The translations under genes and the position numbers were made by a program. The notes beneath the pieces are model-generated. The model was given only the letters and a program-made list of their open reading frames with translations. It was not told the origin of the DNA and made no database searches. A stretch of DNA of 64,000 nucleotides from Candidatus Undivivens industriae (GTDB taxonomy: Bacteria > Omnitrophota > Gorgyraeia > Gygaellales > Profunditerraquicolaceae): assembly GCA_012514745.1 (NCBI GenBank), contig JAAYZR010000009.1, positions 10,045-74,044 on the forward strand, read 5' to 3'. How positions within the stretch are numbered: position 1 is the first letter of the stretch; each line of letters begins with the position of its first letter. Shown here in pieces: positions 29,242-38,788 of the stretch.

Positions 29242-29303
29242 TCAGTTATAAATAGATCCTTTCAAATTTACGAAGGCAATAAGGTTATACGAGAGAGTGC
29301 TAT

Positions 29304-29672
29304 ATGAATAACGATGAAGAGCAGTTACGGCTTCAGGAATTTGTTAACATATTACATCAGGCAGATAAAAGATACCTGGGAGAATTGTTGGGTAAGAAAG
29401 CTGACAGAAGCTCAGAATTAGATGATCAGATAGAAAAAACTGATAGGAAAATCATCCAGAGAAAAATTATCCGATCATCAAAGAATTATAACTTAACGCA
29501 AGTAGCGCATTTACTGAAAGTTCATAGGCAAACGTTATACTACTGGATTAAGAGAGGTTGGCTTAATCCGAAACGTGACAGTCGCAACTATCCCGTTTGT
29601 ACAGTTTTAGACATAGAGAACCTAATAAAATGGCGAAATTTGGTCAAAAAAGAGAGCCTTTCTACTCTATAA
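29304..29672 (+). CDS. MerR/excisionase-like HTH DNA-binding protein
   Basis: LTQVAHLLKVHRQTLYYWIKRG..P.RD..NY. Confidence 0.75.
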   Translation: MNNDEEQLRLQEFVNILHQADKRYLGELLGKKADRSSELDDQIEKTDRKIIQRKIIRSSKNYNLTQVAHLLKVHRQTLYYWIKRGWLNPKRDSRNYPVCTVLDIENLIKWRNLVKKESLSTL

Positions 29673-29724
29673 CGTTCGGTTATACACTTTTAGACACGAA
29701 AGTGCAAAGTCATAACTTATTGAT

Positions 29725-30987
29725 ATGAAAGAAGATAGAAACCGAGTGTACATACGCACGTTCGGATGCCAAATGAACGTCCGCGATTCTGAAGTGATCG
29801 CCGGTATTCTCATGCAGGTGGGGTTTGAGTTGGTTGGTTCGGAGGATGAAGCCGATGTGGTGGTCTTCAATACCTGCGCGGTGAGGGAGCACGCTGAGGA
29901 GAAGGTTTGGTCGGAGATCGGGAGAGTATGTAAAGCAAGAAGGAATAAAGAGAGAGCGGCGCGGGGACTGGCCGGAAACGCGCGAGAGTTAAGAAAAGGC
30001 GTCCCGGGCCCGATAGGCCGAAAACCTGTAATCGGGCTCGTGGGGTGCATGGGGAGGAATTACGGGGCGGGAGCGTTTGAGCGTTCACCGTTCGTGGATT
30101 TTGTGGCCGGGCCGCAGGATATCTCTAAGATCCCGGAGATACTGAAAAGGATATTTCACAGCCGGCCATCCGCGCTATATGGTAAAGGCGAAGACGAGGC
30201 CAACCTTTTCGAACGTAAGATCTGGGAAATCGACGGGGATGTCAGGCCGGAGCAGATATATCATAGCGGGTTCCGTTCGGGCAAGACGCAGGCTTATATC
30301 GTGATCTCTGAGGGATGTTCGAATCATTGTTCTTATTGTATCGTTCCTTACGTGCGGGGCCCGTTGCGGCACCGCAGGCGTGAGGATATATTGCGCGAGG
30401 TGCGGGACGCGGTTTCGCGGGGATTGAGCGAGATATTTCTGTTGGGGCAGAATGTGAATTCCTACCGTTCAGGTGATAAAGGGGACTTCGTGGATCTGCT
30501 GGAGGATGCGCACGCGATAGAAGGGGTCAAGGAGATAACTTTTACTTCTTCTCATCCCAGGGACAGCGGCATCCGACTTTTTAAGGCCGTCGGCGGCCTG
30601 GAGCGCGTGAAAAAATGGCTGCACCTGCCGTTCCAGTCCGGTTCGGACCGTGTGCTGAAGGCGATGAACCGCGGGTATAATAGCAAATATTATTTGGAAT
30701 TAGCGCGCGAATATCGTAGAATAGTGCCGGGCGGGGAATTGAGCACGGACGTGATCGTGGGGTTCCCCGGAGAAACGGAGGAGGACTTCCAGGCCACCTG
30801 CCGGATACTGGAAGAGGTGCGTTTCAATAAGGCGTATATCTTTAAATACTCGCCGAGGCCGCACAGCAGAGCCGCGGACATGGAAGACGATGTGCCGCGC
30901 CGGGAAAAGGAGCGGCGCCATAAACTGGCCCTCGACCTGCAGAAACGCATATCGCTGTCCGGCAAACAGTGGAGAAAGGCGAAATGA
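29725..30987 (+). CDS. miaB: tRNA methylthiotransferase MiaB (no TRAM domain)
   Basis: TFGCQMN, NTCAVRE, GC, CSNHCSYC, LLGQNVNSY, IVGFPGET; next to miaA. Confidence 0.92.
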   Translation: MKEDRNRVYIRTFGCQMNVRDSEVIAGILMQVGFELVGSEDEADVVVFNTCAVREHAEEKVWSEIGRVCKARRNKERAARGLAGNARELRKGVPGPIGRKPVIGLVGCMGRNYGAGAFERSPFVDFVAGPQDISKIPEILKRIFHSRPSALYGKGEDEANLFERKIWEIDGDVRPEQIYHSGFRSGKTQAYIVISEGCSNHCSYCIVPYVRGPLRHRRREDILREVRDAVSRGLSEIFLLGQNVNSYRSGDKGDFVDLLEDAHAIEGVKEITFTSSHPRDSGIRLFKAVGGLERVKKWLHLPFQSGSDRVLKAMNRGYNSKYYLELAREYRRIVPGGELSTDVIVGFPGETEEDFQATCRILEEVRFNKAYIFKYSPRPHSRAADMEDDVPRREKERRHKLALDLQKRISLSGKQWRKAK

Positions 30988-31814
30988 ATGATCGATACCG
31001 CCTGAAACATACCGGTAAAATCTACGGCCGCGCGCCGTTCTTATTCGCGGCGGCCGCTCTTTCGGCTGTCGTTTTACTGTTTGCCATCCGGCTGATCCCG
31101 GCTGCCTGCGGAATGAACCTGGATAAGCCCAAGTTTTATTTTCTTAAAGGGGATTACAAGAAGGCGATAAAAGAAGGCGAGAGGATGCTGGCCCAGGCCG
31201 GCAAGGATTCCCGCGGCCTCAATGAATTATACTATATCCTGGGAGTCAGTTATATGAAGGACGGTAATCTTCTGCGGGCCTCGGATATCTTCGAGATCAT
31301 ACTGCGCGAGTCGCGAAGTTCGGAATTCAGGACTGAAGCGGAGATCGGCCTGGCGGACACATACTTTCTGCGCGGGGATTACGCTACGGCGGAGAAGCAT
31401 TATAAAGAGATGGAGGAGCGAAGGGCATACGCCCGTTTCGCGGACGGTATCTATTACCGTCTGAAGCGCTGCGCCGAGAAGAAAGGCGACAACGCGGCGG
31501 CCGCCGCTTACGCCGCGAAAATAAGCGGGAATTTTCCGCCTCCGGCTGAAGATAACGGACTGGATGTGCTGCGCAATCCCGGGTTTTTTTACACCGTGCA
31601 GGCCGGTTCTTTTTCCCGTCAGGCCAACGCAAACGGCTTGAAAGAGGAACTTTTCAGGAAGGGTTACGACGCTTATGTGGAGAAATACCAGAAACCGGGC
31701 GGCGGAAACATCCTTTTCAGGGTAAAGGTCGGTAGGTTCAACGACCGCGGCCAAGCCGAGGAATCCGCGAAGAAGCTCTCCAAAGAAGGTTATCCCATCC
31801 GCATCTGTCCTTGA
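30984..31814 (+). CDS. TPR- and SPOR-domain protein
   Basis: Signal/TM segment, TPR-like helices, VQAGSF...RVKVG SPOR motif. Confidence 0.8.
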   Translation: MNDRYRLKHTGKIYGRAPFLFAAAALSAVVLLFAIRLIPAACGMNLDKPKFYFLKGDYKKAIKEGERMLAQAGKDSRGLNELYYILGVSYMKDGNLLRASDIFEIILRESRSSEFRTEAEIGLADTYFLRGDYATAEKHYKEMEERRAYARFADGIYYRLKRCAEKKGDNAAAAAYAAKISGNFPPPAEDNGLDVLRNPGFFYTVQAGSFSRQANANGLKEELFRKGYDAYVEKYQKPGGGNILFRVKVGRFNDRGQAEESAKKLSKEGYPIRICP

Positions 31815-31821
31815 AGCCATA

Positions 31822-32742
31822 ATGAATAAAAAGATAATTTTTATCACCGGTCCCACAGCCTCCGGTAAATCTTCAACCGCCATGATCCTGGCCGAGCGCA
31901 TCGGAGCGGAGATAATTTCCTGCGACTCCATGCAGGTTTACAAAGGGATGGACATCATTACCTCCAAGCCTTCGGCTTCCGACAGGGCGCGGGTGCCGCA
32001 TCATTTGCTGGATATCGTGCCGCCCACTGAAGAATACAACGCTTTCCGTTATTATGAGGAAGCGGCCGGGAAGGTCGAAGATATCTTTATAAGGGGCAAG
32101 GTTCCGCTTTTCGTGGGAGGGACCGGGTTATACGTTTCCGCGGTCCTGAACGGGCTCTTTGCCTGCGCGCCTGAACGGAGCTTATTGCGGGAGGAGTTTT
32201 ACCGGCAGGCAGCTTCACCGGAAGGAGCGGCGGCGCTGCACGCGAGGCTGAGTGAACACGACCCGGCGGCCGGCAAGCGTATCCATCCTAACGACGTCAG
32301 GAGAATTGTCCGCGCGCTGGAGGTTTGGGATTCTACCGGGAAATCGATTTCAGACAAACAGAAAGAGCGCAAAGGGCTTTCGGAACTTTACGCGACGGAG
32401 ATATTCTGTTTGAATCCGGAGCGGGAGCAGTTGTACCGAAGGATAGAGGAGAGGGTGGACGAGATGTTCGCCTCCGGGCTGGAAAAGGAGGCGCGCGGTC
32501 TGCTGGAGATGCCGCTTTCGCGCACCGCGGCCTTTGCCATCGGTTTGAATGAATTGAAGGAATATTTCGAAGGTAGATGCGCGCTGGATGAGGCGCGGCG
32601 GCTGATGAAGTTGAATACCAGGCATTACGCCAAACGGCAGATGACCTGGTTCAGGAAGGATAAACGCGTGCGCTGGATCAACCGGCCGGCGGCGCGCCCG
32701 GAGGAGGCGGCGGAGATCATATGGAAAGAGTTATCACGGTAA
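31822..32742 (+). CDS. miaA: tRNA dimethylallyltransferase
   Basis: GPTASGKS, DSMQVY, GGTGLY, YAKRQMTWF. Confidence 0.96.
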   Translation: MNKKIIFITGPTASGKSSTAMILAERIGAEIISCDSMQVYKGMDIITSKPSASDRARVPHHLLDIVPPTEEYNAFRYYEEAAGKVEDIFIRGKVPLFVGGTGLYVSAVLNGLFACAPERSLLREEFYRQAASPEGAAALHARLSEHDPAAGKRIHPNDVRRIVRALEVWDSTGKSISDKQKERKGLSELYATEIFCLNPEREQLYRRIEERVDEMFASGLEKEARGLLEMPLSRTAAFAIGLNELKEYFEGRCALDEARRLMKLNTRHYAKRQMTWFRKDKRVRWINRPAARPEEAAEIIWKELSR

Positions 32743-33980
32743 CGGTCAGGTTCAGCCATGGAGCGGACGACGGTTGGACGGTGGAAGACAACGCCGGGGA
32801 AATGGCGGAACTTACCGCCAACACCGGCGTTGAACTGGTGGATAATATCATTTGTCTGCGTGACAAACCCACCGCGAGCCTGCTTATCGGCAGCGGCAAG
32901 GCCGAAGAGCTCGCGTTGATCTGCGCGGCGGAGAACGTGGACACGGTTATTTTCAATAAGGACTTGACCGGCACGCAGCAGCGCAATCTTGAGGATATAA
33001 TCGGTAAGCGCGTAATAGACCGCACACAGCTGATTTTGGATATTTTCGCCAGGCACGCGGCCAGCGGCGAGGGAAAAGCGCAGGTGGAATTGGCCCAGTT
33101 GGAATATATGCTGCCTCGGCTTGCCGGCAGGGGAAAACTGCTTTCCCGTCCGGGCGGCGGCATCGGCACCAGCGGCCCCGGAGAGACCAAACTGGAGACG
33201 GACCGCCGGCGCATACGCAAGCGCATAGACAGCTTGAAACGGGACCTCCGGGACCTGAACAGTCATCGTCAGCTGCTGCGCAAGAAGAGAAAAGAGAAGG
33301 AACTCCCGCTGGTGGCGCTGGTAGGCTATACCAATGCCGGAAAATCCACGCTTTTGAACGCCCTCTGCAACGCCGGGCAAAAGGTACAGAACGCGCTTTT
33401 TACCACGCTGGACCCGCTGTCGAAGTCTTTACAACTGCCGCGCGGAGAAAACGTGGTGCTCACCGATACCGTCGGGTTCCTGCACGACCTGCCGCACAAT
33501 CTTATCGAGGCATTCAAGGCCACCCTTGAGGAAACGGCGCATGCCGACCTCCTGGTGCACGTGATAGATTGCAGCCATCATTTGGCTTATGAGCACGCCC
33601 GTTCCGCGCGGCAGGTGTTGGAGCAGATCGGCGCCCGGGATATCCCGGTGGTCACGGCTTTGAATAAACTCGACCTTGTGGAGGACAAAAGCTGGTTGGC
33701 GGCGTTACAGGCGGATATGCCTAGGCCGGTCGCCATCTCCGCCAAGCTGGGGACTAACCTGGACAAGCTGCTGGCAGAGATTGAGAAGGAATTCAAGGGA
33801 AGGATGACTTGGGTGGAATTGCTGATTCCGCACAGCCTTATGCATATGCTGGACCAATTCTACCGGCACGGCAAGGTCGAGTCAGTGGAATATCTTGCGG
33901 AAGGGGTGAAGGTCAAGGGAAATCTCCCGGTAGTGGAGGCTAAGCGCATGCAGGATGCCTGTGCCGGACGGGAAAAATAA
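32721..33980 (+). CDS. hflX: GTPase HflX
   Basis: GPGETKLE, GYTNAGKS, DTVG, NKLD. Confidence 0.96.
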   Translation: MERVITVTVRFSHGADDGWTVEDNAGEMAELTANTGVELVDNIICLRDKPTASLLIGSGKAEELALICAAENVDTVIFNKDLTGTQQRNLEDIIGKRVIDRTQLILDIFARHAASGEGKAQVELAQLEYMLPRLAGRGKLLSRPGGGIGTSGPGETKLETDRRRIRKRIDSLKRDLRDLNSHRQLLRKKRKEKELPLVALVGYTNAGKSTLLNALCNAGQKVQNALFTTLDPLSKSLQLPRGENVVLTDTVGFLHDLPHNLIEAFKATLEETAHADLLVHVIDCSHHLAYEHARSARQVLEQIGARDIPVVTALNKLDLVEDKSWLAALQADMPRPVAISAKLGTNLDKLLAEIEKEFKGRMTWVELLIPHSLMHMLDQFYRHGKVESVEYLAEGVKVKGNLPVVEAKRMQDACAGREK

Positions 33981-33993
33981 GGGCGGGTTTACC

Positions 33994-34056
33994 TGTTAGA
34001 TATTCTAACAAAATTTGTTAATTTATCTTGACAAGATTGTTAGAATGTGTTACTAT
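33994..34056 (+). promoter_or_regulatory. Promoter and palindromic operator of heat-shock locus
   Basis: TTGACA(34028)-N17-TACTAT(34051); TGTTAGA-TAT-TCTAACA palindrome at 33994-34010 and another TGTTAGA in the spacer. Confidence 0.65.
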
Positions 34057-34092
34057 TTTTCTAAATCCGGGTAACAGCAGGGAGGGAGCATC

Positions 34093-34368
34093 ATGCCGGT
34101 GTTTAAGGTGCGTATACGGCCGGAAGAACCAGTATATATCATCAGCGTGGTCAGCAGGCTGGTCGGTATCCCTGTCTGGACATTACGCCAGCTCGATAAA
34201 GCGGGTATTGTTTCTCCAAAACGCCAGGGAAAGAAATCCAGGTTATACTGTCAAAAGGATATAGAGCGGTTGGAATACATTCATTTTTTGATGGAAGAAA
34301 AGCGCGTTAATATCAGCGGGATCCGCATCATACTGCAGATGAATAATAAGGAAAGCAGAGCAAAATAA
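34093..34368 (+). CDS. HspR-like MerR family repressor
   Basis: PVYIISVVS..G...TLR...P.R....RLY..DIERL; upstream of clpB. Confidence 0.8.
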   Translation: MPVFKVRIRPEEPVYIISVVSRLVGIPVWTLRQLDKAGIVSPKRQGKKSRLYCQKDIERLEYIHFLMEEKRVNISGIRIILQMNNKESRAK

Positions 34369-34401
34369 GCCGAGAGAAGGGGAAAAATTTTTGTTTCTAT
34401 T

Positions 34402-34428
34402 TTAGCACTCCTATGCTATGATTGCTAA
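34402..34428 (+). promoter_or_regulatory. CIRCE element (HrcA operator)
   Basis: TTAGCACTC-N9-GATTGCTAA, one mismatch to consensus. Confidence 0.9.
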
Positions 34429-34450
34429 AGCGCGATAAGGAGGAATAAAA

Positions 34451-37024
34451 ATGGATATAAACAAATTCACGGTTAAGTTCCAGGAGGCTTTACAATCTGC
34501 CGCCGCTTTCGCCCAGGAGCATTCGCATCAGCAGGTAGAACCTGAACATCTGCTGCTGGCCGTATTACGCCAGGATGACAGTCTGCTTTTGGAGATACTG
34601 GATAAGGCCGGGGTTCCGAGTTTTGAGGTCATCAAATCCCTGGAGAAACATTTGAAGGAACAGCCGCGCGTGAGCGGAGTTTCCAAAGATGTTTATTTTT
34701 CCCAGCGCGCGGCTGCTGCTCTCAAGGCCGCGGTAAAAGAGGCCGGGGCGTTGAAAGATGAGTTTGTCTCCGGGGAGCATTTTCTTCTGGCTTTACTGGA
34801 GCACGGAGGCTCGCAGCTTACACGTGAATTCCATTCTCTCGGTTTGACCCGGGATAAGGTATTGCAGGCGATGCGGGAGGTGCGCGGCAGCCGGCGCATC
34901 ACCGACCAGGATCCCGAGGCTTCTTTCGGGGCTTTGGAAAAATACGGGCAGGACCTTACTGCATTGGCCTCCAAGATGAAACTCGATCCGGTGATCGGCA
35001 GGGACGGCGAGATACGCAGGTTGATGCAGGTGCTTTCCCGCCGCACCAAGAACAATCCGGTGCTGATCGGGGAAGCAGGCGTGGGCAAGACCGCCATTGT
35101 GGAGGGTCTGGCCCTGCGCGTGGTCTCCGGTGACGTCCCCGAGGGGCTGAAAGACAAGCGCATCATCTCCCTGGATATGGGAAGCCTGGTAGCGGGCGCC
35201 AAGTTCAGGGGCGATTTCGAGAACAGGCTCAAGGCCTTGCTGAAAGAAGTGCGCGACAGCGACGGCCGTATCATACTTTTCATAGACGAATTACACACCA
35301 TCGTGGGCGCCGGAGCCGCCGAGGGCTCGATAGACGCCTCCAATATGCTCAAGCCGCTGCTTGCCAGGGGCCAGCTTCGTTGTATCGGGGCCACTACCCT
35401 CGAGGAATACCGCAAGTATATAGAGAAGGACAGCGCTTTGGAACGCAGGTTTCAGCCGGTTTTCGTGGGAGAGCCGACCGTAGAAGACACGATTTCCATC
35501 CTGCGCGGGCTGAAGGAAAAATACGAGATACACCACGGGGTGCGCATCAAGGATTCCGCTTTGATCGCCGCAGCTTCGCTTTCTGCGCGCTACATAACCG
35601 ACCGTCGTCTGCCCGACAAGGCCATCGATCTGGTGGATGAGGCGGCGTCGCGCCTGCGCATAGAGATAGACAGTATGCCGCAGGAGGTGGATTCGGTTCA
35701 GCGTCGCATTATGCAGATGGAGATAGAGAAACAGGCTTTGAAGAAGGAGAAAGACGCCTCCTCCACTGAACGCCTGGGAAAGCTCGAGGCGCAGCTGGAG
35801 GGATTGAAACGCGACCTCGGCGAAAAGAAGAAACAATGGGAGGAAGAGAAGCGGGTTATCCAGAGCATCCAGCAGATAAAAGAGAAGATACAGGATGCCA
35901 AGAACGAGGCTTCGGCGGCCGAGAAGGTCGGGAACCTGGACAAGGTGGCGGAGATACGCTACGGCGTGCTGATAGAGCTTGATAAAGAGATGAAAAAACG
36001 CAACCAGGAACTGGCTGCCTTGCAAAAACACAGCCTGATGCTCAAAGAAGAGGTTGGCGACGAAGATATCGCGCGGGTGGTCGGAGAATGGACCGGCATT
36101 CCAGTCTCCAACCTTATGGAGGGTGACACCGAGAAACTGTTGAAGATGGAAGAGCGCCTGAAGAGCAGGGTCATCGGCCAGGACCAGGCGATAGAGGAGA
36201 TATCGGCTTGCGTGCGCCGCGCCCGTTCCGGACTGGGCGACGAAAAGCGTCCGCTGGGGTCGTTCATCTTTCTGGGGCCGACCGGAGTGGGAAAGACCAA
36301 GCTGGCCAAGACGCTGGCCTGGTTTCTTTTCGACGACGAGGACGCGCTGGTGCGCATAGATATGTCCGAATATATGGAGAAGTTCAGCGTCTCGAGGCTG
36401 ATCGGCGCGCCGCCGGGATACGTGGGCTATGAGGAAGGCGGACAGTTGAGCGAAAAGGTGCGGCGCAGACCGTATTCGGTCATACTGCTGGATGAGATAG
36501 AGAAGGCGCATCCCGACGTCTTTAACGTGCTGCTGCAGATACTGGACGACGGCCGCCTTACCGACGGCCAGGGGCGCACCGTGAATTTTAAGAACACGGT
36601 GATCATAATGACCTCCAATATCGGGCAGGATATACTGCAGAGCGGGGCTCCGAAGGAGCGCCTGATGGCGGAAGTGAAGAAGATATTCAAACCGGAGTTC
36701 ATCAACCGTCTGGATGACATAATCATCTTTAACCCGCTGGACAAGGCGGAGATCGCGCGCATCCTGGATCTGGAGACGGCTCCGCTGAAAGAAAAGCTGG
36801 AGGCCAGAAAAGTTACATTGGAGCTGACGCAAAAGGCCCGCGATTTTCTGCTGGAAAAAGGCTTCGATTCCCAGTACGGGGCGCGCCCGTTGAAACGCAC
36901 CGTCCAGCATTATCTGCAGGACCCGCTGGCGATAATGCTTTTGCAAGGAAAGCTCGCGCAGGGCGATAAGGTCAAAGCTGATCATCCCGCTAATAGCGAC
37001 GGCATTTCGTTGACAAAGCGGTAA
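34451..37024 (+). CDS. clpB: Chaperone ClpB
   Basis: Two AAA+ domains ([16 protein letters not shown]), long middle coiled coil, GAPPGYVGY. Confidence 0.97.
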   Translation: MDINKFTVKFQEALQSAAAFAQEHSHQQVEPEHLLLAVLRQDDSLLLEILDKAGVPSFEVIKSLEKHLKEQPRVSGVSKDVYFSQRAAAALKAAVKEAGALKDEFVSGEHFLLALLEHGGSQLTREFHSLGLTRDKVLQAMREVRGSRRITDQDPEASFGALEKYGQDLTALASKMKLDPVIGRDGEIRRLMQVLSRRTKNNPVLIGEAGVGKTAIVEGLALRVVSGDVPEGLKDKRIISLDMGSLVAGAKFRGDFENRLKALLKEVRDSDGRIILFIDELHTIVGAGAAEGSIDASNMLKPLLARGQLRCIGATTLEEYRKYIEKDSALERRFQPVFVGEPTVEDTISILRGLKEKYEIHHGVRIKDSALIAAASLSARYITDRRLPDKAIDLVDEAASRLRIEIDSMPQEVDSVQRRIMQMEIEKQALKKEKDASSTERLGKLEAQLEGLKRDLGEKKKQWEEEKRVIQSIQQIKEKIQDAKNEASAAEKVGNLDKVAEIRYGVLIELDKEMKKRNQELAALQKHSLMLKEEVGDEDIARVVGEWTGIPVSNLMEGDTEKLLKMEERLKSRVIGQDQAIEEISACVRRARSGLGDEKRPLGSFIFLGPTGVGKTKLAKTLAWFLFDDEDALVRIDMSEYMEKFSVSRLIGAPPGYVGYEEGGQLSEKVRRRPYSVILLDEIEKAHPDVFNVLLQILDDGRLTDGQGRTVNFKNTVIIMTSNIGQDILQSGAPKERLMAEVKKIFKPEFINRLDDIIIFNPLDKAEIARILDLETAPLKEKLEARKVTLELTQKARDFLLEKGFDSQYGARPLKRTVQHYLQDPLAIMLLQGKLAQGDKVKADHPANSDGISLTKR

Positions 37025-37037
37025 GCTGTGTTAAAAT
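37010..37037 (+). promoter_or_regulatory. Sigma70-type promoter for hrcA
   Basis: TTGACA-N16-TAAAAT with extended TG. Confidence 0.55.
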
Positions 37038-37083
37038 TAAAGTTCCCGCGAAAGAGTTTCCTGCGAAAAAGGGAGAGAATATC

Positions 37084-37818
37084 GTGAAGACGGTTGATCA
37101 TGACGCAAGGCGTAAAGCGGTATTGAGTTCCGCCATCAATTTTTATATCAGGGAGGCGGAACCGGTGGCTTCGGGCGACCTTTCAGCCGAATTCGATCTT
37201 AGCCCGGCCACCATCCGGAATATCTTCGCCGAGCTGGAAGAAGCGGGATACCTCACGCATCCGCATACCTCTGCCGGCCGTATGCCGACCGACAAGGGCT
37301 ATCGTTACTACGTGGATTTCCTGCTTTCTCAGCTGGAACTGATAGAGGAAGAAAAGGCGCGCATATTCGGCGCCTACGAACGCGGTTCCGAGACGCTGGA
37401 CGCCGTACTGGAGAAGACTTCCGACTTGCTGTCCGAGGTCACCCACTGCGCAGGTATCGCCGCCCTGCCGGACATGGACGAAAGATTCGTTTACCGCGGA
37501 GTGCGTTACATAATCGAACAGCCGGAGTTCCGGGATGCCTCAAGTATCCGTTTTCTGATCCGGCTGATCGAGGAGAAGCGGTTGCTGCTGGAGATCATCC
37601 GCAAACACAACAGCCGCAAAGTGGCGGTTTATATAGGAGAGGAACTCGGCTGCGAAGGCACCGAGAACTGCGCTATCCTGATATCTTCCTATAACGTTAA
37701 GGAGCAGCCGGTCGGCAGGCTGGCGGTGCTGGGACCGCGGAGAATGGAATATAGTCATGTTATCCCGGCGCTGGAGTATGTTTCCGAGGTGCTTTCGGAA
37801 GTGCTGAGTGACATATAA
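37084..37818 (+). CDS. hrcA: Heat-inducible repressor HrcA (short form)
   Basis: SPATIRN, HTSAGRMPTDKGYRYYVD, QPEF, GPRRMEY. Confidence 0.92.
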   Translation: MKTVDHDARRKAVLSSAINFYIREAEPVASGDLSAEFDLSPATIRNIFAELEEAGYLTHPHTSAGRMPTDKGYRYYVDFLLSQLELIEEEKARIFGAYERGSETLDAVLEKTSDLLSEVTHCAGIAALPDMDERFVYRGVRYIIEQPEFRDASSIRFLIRLIEEKRLLLEIIRKHNSRKVAVYIGEELGCEGTENCAILISSYNVKEQPVGRLAVLGPRRMEYSHVIPALEYVSEVLSEVLSDI

Positions 37819-37878
37819 AAACAAAAGAAGTCTTGTAATTCCTTGATACTCGAAGAGAAGAAAGCGATTTAACCATCC

Positions 37879-38502
37879 ATGAACAATAAAGAGAATCACA
37901 ATAAGAAGAGCGGTGCTAAGGAATCAGAGATAAAAGAAGAAAAGCCGCAAGCCGGGGTTTCTCCAGACGGAGTATGTTCGACGGATAAAGAAGTCAGCGT
38001 TAAGGAATCGGAACTACGGAAGCTGAAAGAGGATGCCGCCAAGGCCGCCGAATACTGGGAGAGGCTGCTGCGCCAGCAGGCGGAATTCGAGAATATCCGC
38101 AAGCGTATGGAACGCGAAAGACAGGATTTTCTGAAATTCGCGAATGAGGGCTTGATCGACGAACTGCTGGACGTGCTCGACGATCTCGAGCGCACGGTGG
38201 GCCTGGCGGAAAATAATTGCCGGGACGTGTCTGTTTTTCTGAAAGGTGTTGAAATGATACTGGCGCATCTTTACGAACTGCTGAAGCGCCACGGTGTCAA
38301 GCCGCTGGAAGCGTCCGGCAAGCAGTTTGATCCTCATTACCATGAGGCATTGATGCAGTGTGATGATGCGTCAGTGCCAGAGCACACGGTGCTGGAGGAA
38401 ATGCAAAAAGGGTATCTTTTGCACGACCGGGTCTTACGCACGGCGAAGGTGAAAGTATCGAAAAAGCCTTGCGAGCCGCCGCAGACCGAAAAGCAATCTT
38501 AA
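37879..38502 (+). CDS. grpE: Nucleotide exchange factor GrpE
   Basis: AEFENIRKR, FDPHYHEA, KGY..DRVLR.AKV.V. Confidence 0.95.
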   Translation: MNNKENHNKKSGAKESEIKEEKPQAGVSPDGVCSTDKEVSVKESELRKLKEDAAKAAEYWERLLRQQAEFENIRKRMERERQDFLKFANEGLIDELLDVLDDLERTVGLAENNCRDVSVFLKGVEMILAHLYELLKRHGVKPLEASGKQFDPHYHEALMQCDDASVPEHTVLEEMQKGYLLHDRVLRTAKVKVSKKPCEPPQTEKQS

Positions 38503-38504
38503 GC

Positions 38505-38771
38505 CGGGTAAATTTAACTTCGTGAATGTTTTAAGTATTGCCCTGATCCTGCGAAACAGGATCAGGGTAACCCGACAAGCGCTCGAAAATCTCCCCTGGG
38601 GGAGAGATTTTTTCGGTCGGCCCTGCGGGTAAATTTAACTTCGTGAATGTTTTAAGTATTGCCCTGATCCTACGAAACAGGATCAGGGTAACCCGACAAG
38701 CGCTCGAAAATCTCCCCTGGGGGAGAGATTTTCTCGGTCGGCCCTGCGGGTAAATTTAACTTCGTTAAATT
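38505..38771 (+). repeat. 121-bp structured tandem repeat (2 full units + partial)
   Basis: Units start at 38505, 38626, 38747; two substitutions between full units; each has strong hairpins. Confidence 0.92.
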
Positions 38772-38788
38772 TAGTTAGGAGGTGCGAT

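Noticed and set aside
13936-29672. Classical integron cassette array
   Set aside because: No intI and no consistent RYYYAAC...GTTRRRY attC sites seen.
35291-36985. 564-aa minus-strand ORF (and other long antisense ORFs over clpB, dnaK, dnaJ, hflX)
   Set aside because: Shadow ORFs of highly codon-biased genes; no recognisable motifs.
38505-38771. Possible CRISPR array
   Set aside because: Intervening sequences are identical repeats, not spacers.
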